Source: Zygnema circumcarinatum SAG 698-1b (Eukaryota > Plantae > Zygnematophyceae). Taken from it: 11,502 bases of DNA. A model generated the notes under the pieces. That model worked only from the letters and a program-made list of their open reading frames with translations, was not told the DNA's origin and did not search any database. This document shows positions 1-9,545 of the stretch, in pieces; positions within the stretch are counted from its first letter, which is position 1, and each line of letters begins with the position of its first letter. Location of the stretch: NCBI GenBank assembly GCA_037447605.1, contig JBBHKD010000040.1, forward strand, positions 1 through 11,502, in the 5' to 3' direction. A program made the translations under genes and the position numbers.

Positions 1-580
1 CGGCCGTACCGTCCGCCGCCCAGCATTTTATATCGCGTAGCAGCTCAAGTCTTTCGGTCCCGCTACCATTTGATTGACCTGTTCGAGCGGACCGCACTAG
101 GGTCCCAGCGCAATGCCGCGTGCGCCTCCTCGTGTGTGAGCATCGCCCACGATCTCTCCAGCGAGTATTTCGCATCCGCGTCACGCCCGAACTGCGTGCG
201 CTATACCGCGCGGCTGGCGCTGACCAATCGTAATAAGCCGTGCCAGATCAGCCTCTCGCCAAACCAACCCAGCGTCCATACGTTTCGCGTCGTCAAAATG
301 CGATGCGGCCGTGCGTGCAGCTGGCGCTCGCTTTACCGGTCAAGCATTGGGTGCACTTGCGCAGTGCGATTCTGGCCTAAGCGTAATTCTCACGACCTGG
401 GCCTTCACCCCAGACTGTAGTACCATGTGCCTAACGTCTGGGCACCCCCAGTATTCGGTCCTACCAAACATGACCATTCATACAGCGACATTGTCCACAC
501 ATACACCACATTGAAGTGTCGGGACAACATTCATGCTAGGAACTAAGTACCAACACCTTGATGTACCCTATACATCAACA
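1..580 (-). mobile_element. Putative LTR (U3 part) of a retroelement inserted into the copia RT; runs off the left edge
   Basis: Copia RT homology stops at about 581-600. The minus strand then reads TGTTGATGTA from 580, a typical LTR start, followed by non-coding sequence with ATATAAAA (33-26). The second LTR and TSD are not in the window. Confidence 0.4.
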
Positions 581-1345
581 CACATCCGGCGGCGTACTTC
601 TTAGACTTGGGAGCAGACTTCAGATCGCTACTCTTGTTGTATCCCGGAGGAATCTTTGTACTCCCCAAATCAGGCATTTGGAAGTTGGCTTCAGCTTCTT
701 CGGTCGGTGATTCTCTCGGTGAGGAGCTCACCATAATGGTCATCCGTAGATCTAGCGTATATGAGATCTCCTCCTCTCCTTGTCGGTAGGCGGAAGGAAT
801 GATCACGTCTCAAAGCGGCGCAAATCCGTTGCTCTCGAGATGCGTGTCTTCGTGCGAGATCACGGGTGCTGCCCCGGTCGTGCAGACTCACTTCACTGCG
901 GGCGGCGAGGCGAGATGCTCTGCCCAGGACAACTTTCGCCGGGCTGCTCCATGTAGATCTCCTCAGCCGAGATCTCCGTCTGAAAACAGCGGTCTTGATA
1001 TCTAGCCCGATGGACATGCATCCCTCGGCGGTACTTGTCGAGATTAGGAGCGGAGGAGTTAAGCTTCACCACGGGCGAAATCTCCGTGTAGTCGATTCCG
1101 GCCTTACGTAGCCCTTCGCCCGCGGTAGCGCCTTGTAACTTGATCGACACTCCGTCCGTAACCAAAACTTCACCTTGAACACCCACTTGCATCAGTAGGC
1201 TCTCCTTCCCTTAAATGAACTTCTCCACGTTAGCCCGTCTGGATTCTCTATCCGGACTATTCCACTTTCATTGTCGATCATTGCTCGCCACTTATTCCAT
1301 CGACCCCATCGTGAGCCTCCTCGAAGGTTTGCGGCTTGGTAATCA
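581..1345 (-). pseudogene. Copia reverse transcriptase (RVT_2-like), frameshifted
   Basis: Fragments across frames: KPQTFEEA; W..AM; GIDYTEISPVVKLNS; LDIKTA; EEIYMEQPGE; ATCTACG-GATGAC (Y[V]DD with a deletion, about 740-752); FQMPDLG (cf. FEMKDLG); KKYA. Confidence 0.9.
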
Positions 1346-1874
1346 TGTAGCGATGGCTTGACTCTGGTCGGCGGTCGTGGCACTCTCTCTGCATCCGGAT
1401 TAGTCTGCGGCCTTGGCTTTGTATGATTCGGGCCTCCTCACCTGCAGTGCTCCTCCGCGGTCCTTGCGTTCTCCCACTCCTCGAGTTGAAGAAAATTCCG
1501 GGAACAAATCCCGGAGGCATCCTTGCCCTCATCGCGTCTCTCTCGGCCATCTCCAAGTCCTCAGACTCCTGTCCGTGCAAAGGTACAGTTTCGACCGAGT
1601 CTTCCTCATCCGACAGGTGAGTGTGTAGTGGAGCCGTCTCCGTCGATTTCTCCGGCTCCCCGGCTTGCGGTACTTCGGGTTCGACTCCCGCCTCCGCCTC
1701 GACGTTCGGTGTTGCTCCCGAGTCAGCTCCTGCGCTCTCCGGCGTGCTGATCTCCTCCAAAACCGGGACCTGAGGCGCTTCAACGCCTTCTCCGCTGGTT
1801 TCCACGTCCTCATACACAATCTCCAATCCTGCCTTTTGGGGTTGGGTCTCACCTAGTCGTGTCACCACCCCTTT

Positions 1875-2740
1875 CTCATCCACCGTGATGTCCCTCGAGC
1901 TCTGCACTTCCTTCGCTCGCGGGTTCCAAATCCTGTAGGTGCGACTGTCCATGTTGTAGCCGAGAACATATCCTTCAACGGCTCGCGGGTCGAACTTCCT
2001 CTTCTGTCTCGCCTTCCGGCCTTTGGCCGACCCGGCGGCGCTCGAAACGCCGGTGGGAAGCCGCTGGGCTTTCTCCCCTCCACCTCCTCGGGAACCTGAT
2101 CGCCCAGGCAGAAGATGGGCATCTATTCACAGGTAAGCAGCGGTCATCACCGCCCTCTCGAGAAAGAAGCGGGGAAGGGAATGTATAAGCATGAATTAAA
2201 GCATGCATGTCTAGCGTCTATTTACCTTCGGCAGCTCCGTACTTTGAGGGTAGGGAGGCGAGAAAATTCATGCCTAATTCCACAAGTCTTGAGGTACTCG
2301 CCGAACTCCTTCGACTTGAACTCCCCTCCGTTTTCTGAGCGCAGAGTCTTCAGTTTCTGTCCGCTCTCTCGCTCCATCTGAGTCTGCCAATCTCTGAAGG
2401 CTCCGAAAGCCTCAGACTTGTTCTTGAGAATTTTCACCCAAATTTTCCTCGAAAAATCGTCGAGAAAAGTGATGAAGTACCGAGCTCCTCCACTCGTTGC
2501 AGGTGTCCGCGGGGCCACAAAGATGCGGTGTGAACCAGCTCAGTTTACTCACGCGCATGAGTAAGCCTCTCTCGGCTCCTGGCGAATGGTTTCCCGATCG
2601 CCTTCCTCACACACTCACTTACCGTAGAGCTCCTTCTCCAACATCTTCATCACGACCACGGACTAGCCCCTTAGCAGCAAGCTGTTGCAACCCCCGATGG
2701 TTAAGATGTCCAAGTCTACGATGCCAGAGATTTATGGCAG
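1875..2740 (-). pseudogene. Copia GAG-pre-integrase, rve integrase and downstream SH3-like region, frameshifted
   Basis: INLWHRRLGHLNHRGLQQL (about 2680-2738); LVHT-LCGP; GGARYFITFLDDFSRKIWV...LRSENGGEF...GIRHEFS (ORF 2222-2518); KFDPRAVEGYVLGYNMDSRTYRIWNP...SRDITVDE. Confidence 0.93.
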
Positions 2741-3119
2741 TTTCAGCCACAGCCATCACATCTTCATCCTCTGTCCTTCTATAATGAAGTTAATACAGGC
2801 CTCCCTTCTCATACCCCTCAAGCTTGACCGGCTTTCCCGATCGCTGTAGCATTGAGTAACTACATAGAACTTCTCCTTGAACGTGATCTCGTGCCTCTCT
2901 TACACACCTGGCTACTTGAGACGCCAAGTTACATTTCGGCTTTCGGGGTGTGGAGTATCCGCCAGATACACAAACGCTCCTCCACCTCTCCTCTCTTAAG
3001 TAGATGTGATAGTCTCAGAATCATCTTATTCTCCACCCTTAGTATTTGTCCGCTTCCTCTCAGGTTGTAAAATTGAGCGGTCGGAGGTCTTCTCTGACGT
3101 GTGTCCAACGTGGAGAACA

Positions 3120-3170
3120 TCACTTGTCGCCACACGTATTGTGTGGAAGCGCTGAATCGATCAACGGGCA
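3120..3170 (-). pseudogene. Copia aspartic protease active-site remnant
   Basis: PLIDSA...TCGDK matches the copia W.xDSGAS.HMCGD motif if a 1-nt deletion follows DS. It lies just downstream of the zinc knuckle, as expected. Confidence 0.7.
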
Positions 3171-3239
3171 GCGGATCACGAACTGGATCTTCCCAACAAA
3201 GTCACAACCATCGGGCCATGCATCCATCATCAGATAGGT

Positions 3240-4304
3240 CTCATTCGACCCTCTGCATTCGGTGCTCTTGTGACCTCGCTTCTTGCACTTGAAGCAGATC
3301 CCCTTGAAGCCTTTCTTCTCCTTCTTGCCGAATGCTGGCGCGCCTCCTCCTCCCCGATCTTGGGGACTCTTGTTCTTATGCTTGATGTAGAGTGGTGGCG
3401 GTCTTGCCACACGTGTATGCAGCTCAGCGAGTCGTTCTCCTCGGTCCGACGGTAGCACCTCCTGCCAGATGGCAATGGTAAGGTGCGTACGCTGCTTTAA
3501 CCTTCTCACCGGTGCTCGATTAATGTGGACGGTGTCCTCCTCCATGATCCTCCGGCTTCACTTGCTCAGGGTCATTTTTCGAGTTAGATTGGGGCGGTCT
3601 GGCGCTACGGCTAGCTACATCAAATGCGGAGTCAACCCCTAAGAACGGCTTTGAAATCTTATGGTCACTCTCTAGCGGTTTTACGTAGAGTACATGAACC
3701 TCTCCATCAAGGTATCAAACCTGACCATATATTCACTCGGTTTCTCATCAGGGGTCATCTTCATCTTCCCCAAAGGCTGCGTGTAAAGATTACGCTATAA
3801 ATTGGCGTTATCCCTTTCTACGTCATACATCTCTTACAACACCTCCCGCATGTAGCATGTGGTCTTGAGATCGCTCTGGCGTGGGCGAGAAGGACTTCCC
3901 TCACACTCATGGCCGATCTGGTGGTGACTTTGTTGTCTCGCCCGGCGCGCTCCATCGTAGCGCCACTAGTGTTCGGCTATTGTTTGCTCCTTGAGTAAGC
4001 TCCCTCCGGTATACCGGTGCGCCGAATGAATGCCGGATTGACGTACTAACGGTCCACTTGCCCACGAGCAAAGGAACCAGCCGCCATCTCCACCCACTTG
4101 TAGTCTTGGCCGGAGTCGAGAATGCGGGAATCTTTGAACTCCGCGTGGTCTGCGTCGCCACCGTGGCTCACGATACCGCTGCATTTGGGCATGGATACGC
4201 TGTTGCTCACCGGCGCCACCTGGCGTGTAAGCCCTCCATTTAAGAACTCCGGTTTACCCGATGAGAACATCTTCACTCTCTCTCCTCTATCTCGCTTCAC
4301 TCAT
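3240..4304 (-). pseudogene. Copia gag (capsid-like region plus CCHC zinc knuckle), frameshifted
   Basis: ATG at 4304 right after the PBS; KPEFLNG (copia gag N-terminal LNG..Y..W-like motif); KMKMTPDEKPSEYMVRFDTLMERF (about 3700-3770); CFKCKKRGHKSTEC = CX2CX4HX4C at 3255-3296. Confidence 0.85.
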
Positions 4305-4305
4305 A

Positions 4306-4317
4306 GCCCATAACTCC
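4306..4317 (-). promoter_or_regulatory. Primer-binding site of the half-tRNA(iMet) type
   Basis: The minus strand reads ...TTCTCA|GGAGTTATGGGC. GTTATGGGC is complementary to the anticodon region of initiator tRNA-Met (cf. the GGTTATGGGCCC-type PBS of Drosophila copia). Confidence 0.65.
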
Positions 4318-4546
4318 TGAGAATGAGCGAGGCGAGCAGTAGGAAATCACCTGCCGAGTATAGGAAAGCTTCGCATCTAAAACTCACTTTATAATAAGAA
4401 TGTCACCCACATGAAGTTCTCCCCTCTCACTAGCTACTTCTCCCTTACTCCCTTGCCTTCGCGACACAAGCGAGAGCCCGACAACGGCGGGAGCCTTGGG
4501 AATAAGTCGGGACTACGGTAGGCTAATGTGGGTATCCTACATAACA
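4318..4546 (-). repeat. 5' LTR of the copia element (about 229 bp)
   Basis: Minus strand TGTTATGTAG...CATTCTCA (TG..CA), internal TTATTATAAAG (about 4387-4397), directly followed by the PBS. The 5' boundary is inferred because no second copy is available. Confidence 0.6.
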
Positions 4547-5151
4547 AAGCAACCCTTATACGCCATGGCGTGTTGCATTGACATCTTCGCTGATGACGAT
4601 GTCACGTCGGCCACTACCTCAACATGGATTCAGCTGACGAGATGCAGCGTTCAACATCCACGGCTTGCGGTCTTTGCGTAAACCCTCACATGACACCAAC
4701 CTAGTCAGGTCGTCGTCTGCCAGTTCCGCCGCCCATCGAACTTGTCTGCAAATGGATTCGGCCTTGAGAACTTCCTTGCCCGTCGTCACCAGCGTCCGCC
4801 GCCCGTAGCGGCATATGTTCGTTCGCGCCGCAGAGTACACATTCGCCCGTCGCTGACAATGGCAATCGATAAATTAAGCATTCCGGCGCCCGTTCACACT
4901 GTCGCGTGGGCTGGCGACTTCGGTCTCTCAGGTAGTTGACCTCGTCGTCGAGGAATCCAGCGGACGCACTAAGGAATTACGGCAGCGGTTAAGCGGGCTT
5001 TGTCGCCGACATTCTCCGGCGCGAAAAGCGTGGGCCACCCGACATTGGCGCGACCGTATTTCCCTCACAGAACACTACTTAGCGGTCTCATGTTTCCCAG
5101 CGGGGACCACAGCAATGTTGAGTGTGAACGCGTCACCGATGTCCCCAACTA
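4547..5151 (-). mobile_element. Non-coding LTR-like block between the gypsy gag break and the copia LTR
   Basis: Starts T(A)GTTGGGG on the minus strand, exactly at the stop that ends gag homology. Ends with TATAAGGG (4560-4553), just before the copia LTR. No recognisable protein. Confidence 0.3.
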
Positions 5152-5996
5152 TAGCACTTGCTTACTAACATCCTTCTGTGGGCAATTCGTGGCGTGAAGG
5201 TAACCCTTCACTTGGCCCAACCACTGTTCAATAGAACAGTCGGTTGCAGGGTGTTCTCCCCAAGGAGAAATGGGGGTAACCTTGGCCCTGTTCCTCGAAG
5301 ACCAATCTTGAGGAGGGACCAAGGGGCCGGATCCTGTTCCAGGAAGTCCCCCATCACCAGAAGGTGATCCCGAAGGGGATCCACCACCACTGGAAGGTGC
5401 GCCATCCCCGTTAGGATGACTCCCCCTTGTTCGCGAGCCGGGGGTCGAACTGACTTCGTCTGGCTGTTTGAGCAACGGGTTGGGTCGCGATTCTCGTGGC
5501 TTTTGATGGTCTTTACCCATCCGGCTACCCGAGATAGTCTTTCTGCCTCGGCGGCCGGCACGGGAATGTTGGGCGTACCTTTCTTTAACGTCAAGTTCTT
5601 CATGGCGAGGGCCAAATCCCCTCGTAGGTCCGAACGGAGCTTGTCCATCTTCTTCTGAACGTTGCGCTCCATCTGCGCCATCTCCTGTCTTTGGGTCACA
5701 AGGAGAGTCTCGTACTGACCAATCTTGGCCTGAACCCCTCGCACGTCTTTCTGAAGGTTCAAGGCTGCTCCGGCAGTGATGTTCGTCTCAGCCGCAGGTG
5801 GCGGTGGAGGATCATTCTGAATGGGTGCAGGAGGCGCTTGCTCCGGGCTGCTGCAAGGAGACGGGCTGTAGTCGATGAGAGAAGGACCCCGTGGATTTGC
5901 CGTCTCATCCCCCTCTGGATTCTCCTCCATCGGGTGGTCCTCTTGGTCCTCAGGGCTGGAAGGCGGAAAAGGCGGAAATTCTGGAAATGCCTCCAT
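5152..5996 (-). pseudogene. Retrotransposon (Ty3/gypsy-type) gag N-terminal half, one frameshift, truncated
   Basis: ATG at 5996, then a Pro/acidic N-terminus and a coiled-coil-like stretch (LQKDVRGVQAKIGQYETLL...KMDKLRSDL). After a frame change: a G/S/P linker and a capsid-start-like AKVTPISPWG...CSIEQWLGQVKGYLHATNCP. Ends abruptly at about 5152. Confidence 0.65.
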
Positions 5997-6041
5997 TGCA
6001 CAAACAATCCTAGCAGGAGAAACACAGGCTACGATGCAAAA

Positions 6042-6532
6042 TGTAACAAGCCTTGAGCACAACACCCAAAGCACGCTGGGGCTAAGTCCACTTAAATGTA
6101 ATCTTCGGTTTGCAGGCGATTGCAAGTGCTTGCCAGGACCCCTCTTGCGTTCATCCCGCCCTTATAAACAAAGTGAACCCTTGCCAGTAAGGGACGGGAG
6201 GCGGGGCCAGCCAATGGCGGCCATGCCGCTGTAGCGATCAATTTGGTCGATGCGGTTAGCCCATGAAGGCGGTCGGTCACCAACATTCCCAATGTGTGAC
6301 CGTGACACGTCACTTCCGATATAGCGACGGCGTGCGTGAGAACTGGCGTTCGATCTCGAGCAGCGGCAGCAGCGGCACTTCCGCAAAGAATCACCAGGTC
6401 CGTACCGTCCGTACGGGCGCACGGATCCGGCAACTACACCGTGCATATTTACTTGCGGATGGCGGGGCCCGGTAAGCGTCGCAATCCACCGAGGATGCGG
6501 CTGACGCGTGGTATGCGTAGCGTTAGGTTACA
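6042..6532 (-). repeat. Putative 5' LTR (about 491 bp) of the minus-strand gag element
   Basis: Minus strand TGTAAC (6532)...GTTACA (6042), with an internal GC-box and TTTATAAG (6168-6161). It ends 45 nt before the gag ATG, and its start coincides with the onset of plus-strand RT homology. No clear PBS (TTTTGCATCG follows). Confidence 0.5.
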
Positions 6533-8203
6533 TTGCGAGGGGATGCGCCTCCGTGATGACCATGACTCCCAGCGGCTTTTCACACGCCCGCTCGCGGCGG
6601 GGCCCGTGTCGAGCGACGAATTGATGAGAACGGCGTGGCGGCCCGGCTTGATGGAACCGGAGAAGGGCCTTGGGCGGCGGCCGTTCGCCCCTGGCCGGAT
6701 GGCACACCTAACGCTTGTGGAGCTTCTCCGGAAACTGAATACCATAACGGTGGGATCATATACGTTACGGATGTAGACCTGATTCTCCCGCGGCGTCTCC
6801 TGATGGCGGTGGTTCGGCACTTGGCATGCAGAAATCGCCACAGCGGGAGTCCCCTGCGGCGAGCCCGATCGCTGCAAGGCGAGGGCTTACGCACAGCCCG
6901 CGGCGCTTCGATGCGGTGGGCGGTGCTTCCGCTTGGGCTCAAAATTCCAGCGGACTCACCCGGTACTGGCCAACCGGTGTTAGGCCTGTCGTGCCTTGCG
7001 AACCTTCGTGGATGATGCTTCCCTCCACAGCAAGGACTGGTCCTCCCACCTGCAACACATTGACCAAGTCCTTCAACAGCTCATCAGTGCGCGTCTGAAG
7101 ATTGCACCCAAGAAGTGCAAATGGGGCCACCAGGAGATCACTCATCTCGGGCACCGCCTCGGCATCAATGGCCTGAAACCATCACTCGACAAAATTGAAG
7201 CAATTGACCTTATGCCCATTCCACAGAATCTCACTCAGCTCAAGTCTTTCTTGGGACTCACTCCTTCTATCGCCGGTTCATTAAGGGTTATGCCCTCATC
7301 GCGCGTCCCCTACATGCCTTGGAAGCCGCGAGGTCCACTACGAATGGAGCAGTAGATCTGGCCCAGCTTCCCGAGCTCAAGGGTGCCACTCGCCGGGCTC
7401 CTTGTTCTACCGCGCATCAATTGACCCCCGCCCACACCATTATTGGCCATTTGTTGGAGGCGGGCCGGGGGCGTGGCGATCCAAGCATTCGGATGGGGAA
7501 CACCGATTAGGTTATCTTGCTTGGGGTTTGTTTAGAAAGCAGAAGAGACCAAATGCGACCCCTCTTTGAGGGGTGAGGCCGCGGCTATCCTCTGGGCACT
7601 CGAGAAGTTCAAGCTCTTCACGGCCTACCAGCCCATTATCATCCGGACTGACCACATGCCCCTCACCTGGCTGCACATCATGGCTACCCTACGCCCTAAG
7701 TTTGCACGATGGGTGATGAAGTTGGAGGAGTATAATGTACTTAAGGTCACTCACCGTCCCGGCCGTAGTCACGGCAATGCTGACGGCCTCAGTCGCAATC
7801 CCTCGGCTCCCCTCCTCTGTCACGATCCGGCCGTTCCTGAACCCATCCCTCCACCCACCCTCTTGAACCCTGAGCACCTTCCCATTGAGATTTTCATTGC
7901 AGATCAAGACTTACNNNNNNNNNNCTACTATTGGCCCGGCCTCCATGGCGCGGTGAGCCGCTACATTGAAACCTGCACCCGCTGCCAACGCGGCAAGCGC
8001 TCTGCTCCCCCCGACCGCCAACCACTCGAGATGGGTGAGATCCCAATACGCGGCGTCGCCGAGGATTGGAACATTGACACCTTTTCTATCCCCCAGCTCG
8101 GCACCCCCTCTGGCTACGTTCGGGTCTTCCTAGCCGTGGACAGATACACCAAGTGGGTGGAAGTTCACACGACAGAATCTAAGCATTCCATCCACTCTGC
8201 TCG
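6533..8203 (+). pseudogene. Ty3/gypsy pol: RT, RNase H and integrase, frameshifted and gapped
   Basis: GLMEP / GPWAAAV / PDGT / RKLNTIT; WAVLPLGLK; FVDD (7005-7016)...KCKWG...HLGH...LKSFLGL / FYRRFIKGYALIARPL. RNase H: EAAAILWALEKF...IRTDHMPL...ARW...HRPGRSHGNADGLSR. Integrase: YYWPGL...CTRCQ, WNIDTF, AVDRYTKWVE. The RT-RH-IN order is gypsy. Confidence 0.95.
7915..7924. other. Scaffold gap (10 N)
   Basis: The HH half of the integrase zinc finger is missing across it, so the true gap is longer than 10 bp. Confidence 0.95.
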
Positions 8204-8213
8204 NNNNNNNNNN
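8204..8213. other. Scaffold gap (10 N)
   Basis: The integrase core stops here, and its C-terminal part, the PPT and the LTR start are absent. Confidence 0.95.
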
Positions 8214-8396
8214 CAGGATCCCTACGTCTTCCGCTGCGCGTACCTCTGAATCTCCCGGATCCTGGCTCTATGCTGCAGGCAGACCCACAGAACCAACCCA
8301 ACCCTTCATTAGTTTCAGCACGCACGCGCGAGTGGCCGTACAGCACCTTCAGCTAGCTCAGCAGTCTCCTCTTAACCCCACTTATCTTGTGCTACA
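8214..8396 (+). repeat. Possible 3' end of the gypsy 3' LTR
   Basis: Non-coding sequence after the second gap, ending ...TTGTGCTACA, an LTR-type CA end, just before the short-TIR element. The rest would be hidden in the gap. Confidence 0.3.
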
Positions 8397-8714
8397 ATAC
8401 TCTAATATTTTCCACCCGAGGACTTTCGTTACAAGAAACGGGACCGCTTCCTTTCGCCTTGTGACCGCTGCTTCTGGTTCCCTATGTCGATTTTATCCAT
8501 GTCCATTTGATGGCCTTGCCATCGGGAGTTCAAACAAACATCTTTTTCCCTCCTCAAGAAATTCGCCCTGATTTGGAGGAAACCACTTTTCTCCGCACTT
8601 AGTCAGTGTTAATGTATTAGGGGTGTTAACCTAACCTGACCTATTTTTCAATACAAAATCTGTTAATCAAAACGGATTTAGAACATGGGGTCACGCTATT
8701 CTGCTGTATGGTAA

Positions 8715-8850
8715 GTACGGATAAATCTATAAACCGTACGGTGTATGTACGGCACCAATAGGAGCTCGTTTAGGTAAATGTACCGCACCAATGAGCTCGC
8801 GACAGGGCCCGCTGGGCGGCCATGCGCGTCCGTACAGAGAGAAACAGTAC
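8715..8850. promoter_or_regulatory. Cluster of 6 GTAC cores, 5 of them in CCGTAC/GTACGG context
   Basis: GTAC at 8715, 8736, 8747, 8780, 8832 and 8847. Includes the degenerate direct repeat ATGTAC(G/C)GCACCAAT..GAGCTCG. Function is inferred only. Confidence 0.4.
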
Positions 8851-8976
8851 GGCCGCAGGCCGGTCTCGAGAAACCACGACCGACCGCCTAATGTTAACGC
8901 GGACTTCCTTCTATTTTCAAATTCCAAGATTTTCGTCCTCAATATCGGCCGAAACCATGGTGAAAATATTAGAGTA

Positions 8977-9545
8977 GGGTAGTGATATTTCCACCCCTTT
9001 TTTGGATCCAAACACCCTTTCCCGGCCGGGCAGATTTCAAAAGGGATTAAAAAAGGAAAATGCTTTTTTCACACCTTTTTGGAATCGATACCCACCTTCT
9101 TCCGTCGGCTGATTTTATTTTTGCTAACCAAGGAAAATGATACCCCGTCACCGCATTTTGAATACTGTATCCCGCCTACCTGAATTTTTTTTTTGAGGGA
9201 AAGAAATATCTGCCTGCCCGAATCCGCTCGGAGCGGAAGATCCGTCCGCCACGAGATCGTTCGCGGGTGTCCGTCTTTCACACGTGTGTGTCAATCGCAG
9301 CTGTCGATTCCCTCGCAGATCGCACCACTGCAGAGCACCGNNNNNNNNNNGGTAGGCGGGATATTCAAATGGAGTGAAGGGTTATAATTTTCCTTGTTTC
9401 GCAAAAATACAATCTGCCGATGGAGGGTGGGTATCGATTCCAAAAAGGTGTGAAAAAAGCATTTTCCGTTTTTAATCCTTTTTGAAATCTGCCCGGCCGG
9501 GAAGGGGTGTTTGGATCCAAAAAAGGGGTGGAAATATCACTACCC
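8977..9545. mobile_element. Long-TIR DNA transposon (Mutator-like or foldback; Merlin not excluded) with an 8-bp TSD
   Basis: TIRs at 8977-9180 and 9351-9545 start GGGTAGTGATATTTCCACCCC. The outer 120 bp differ at 3 positions. TSD TTAGAGTA at 8969-8976 and 9546-9553. The interior is interrupted by an N gap. Confidence 0.9.
9341..9350. other. Scaffold gap (10 N) inside the long-TIR element
   Basis: The right TIR begins immediately after the Ns. Confidence 0.95.

Larger units (their letters stand above)
581..4546 (-). mobile_element. Degenerate Ty1/copia LTR retrotransposon, truncated or interrupted inside RT
   Basis: Domain order on the minus strand is LTR, PBS, gag, PR, IN, RT, which is the copia order. 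Many frameshifts. No RNase H, PPT or 3' LTR in the window. Confidence 0.95.

Noticed and set aside
70-2381. Plus-strand ORFs over the copia and LTR region
   Set aside because: These are antisense shadows of GC-rich retroelement sequence with no independent motifs.
6276-6301. Hairpin GGTCAC-caACATTcccAATGT-GTGACC as an ncRNA or terminator
   Set aside because: Short and imperfect, inside a putative LTR, with no tRNA or other family features.
5149-8249. A single retroelement with divergently oriented gag (-) and pol (+)
   Set aside because: An LTR-like block with TGTAAC..GTTACA ends separates them, the protease is absent and both genes are truncated. Nesting of two elements is simpler.
8427-8433. 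CGTTACA as the gypsy 3' LTR end
   Set aside because: It lies inside the short-TIR element (8397-9554). GTGCTACA at 8396 fits better, though neither is proven.
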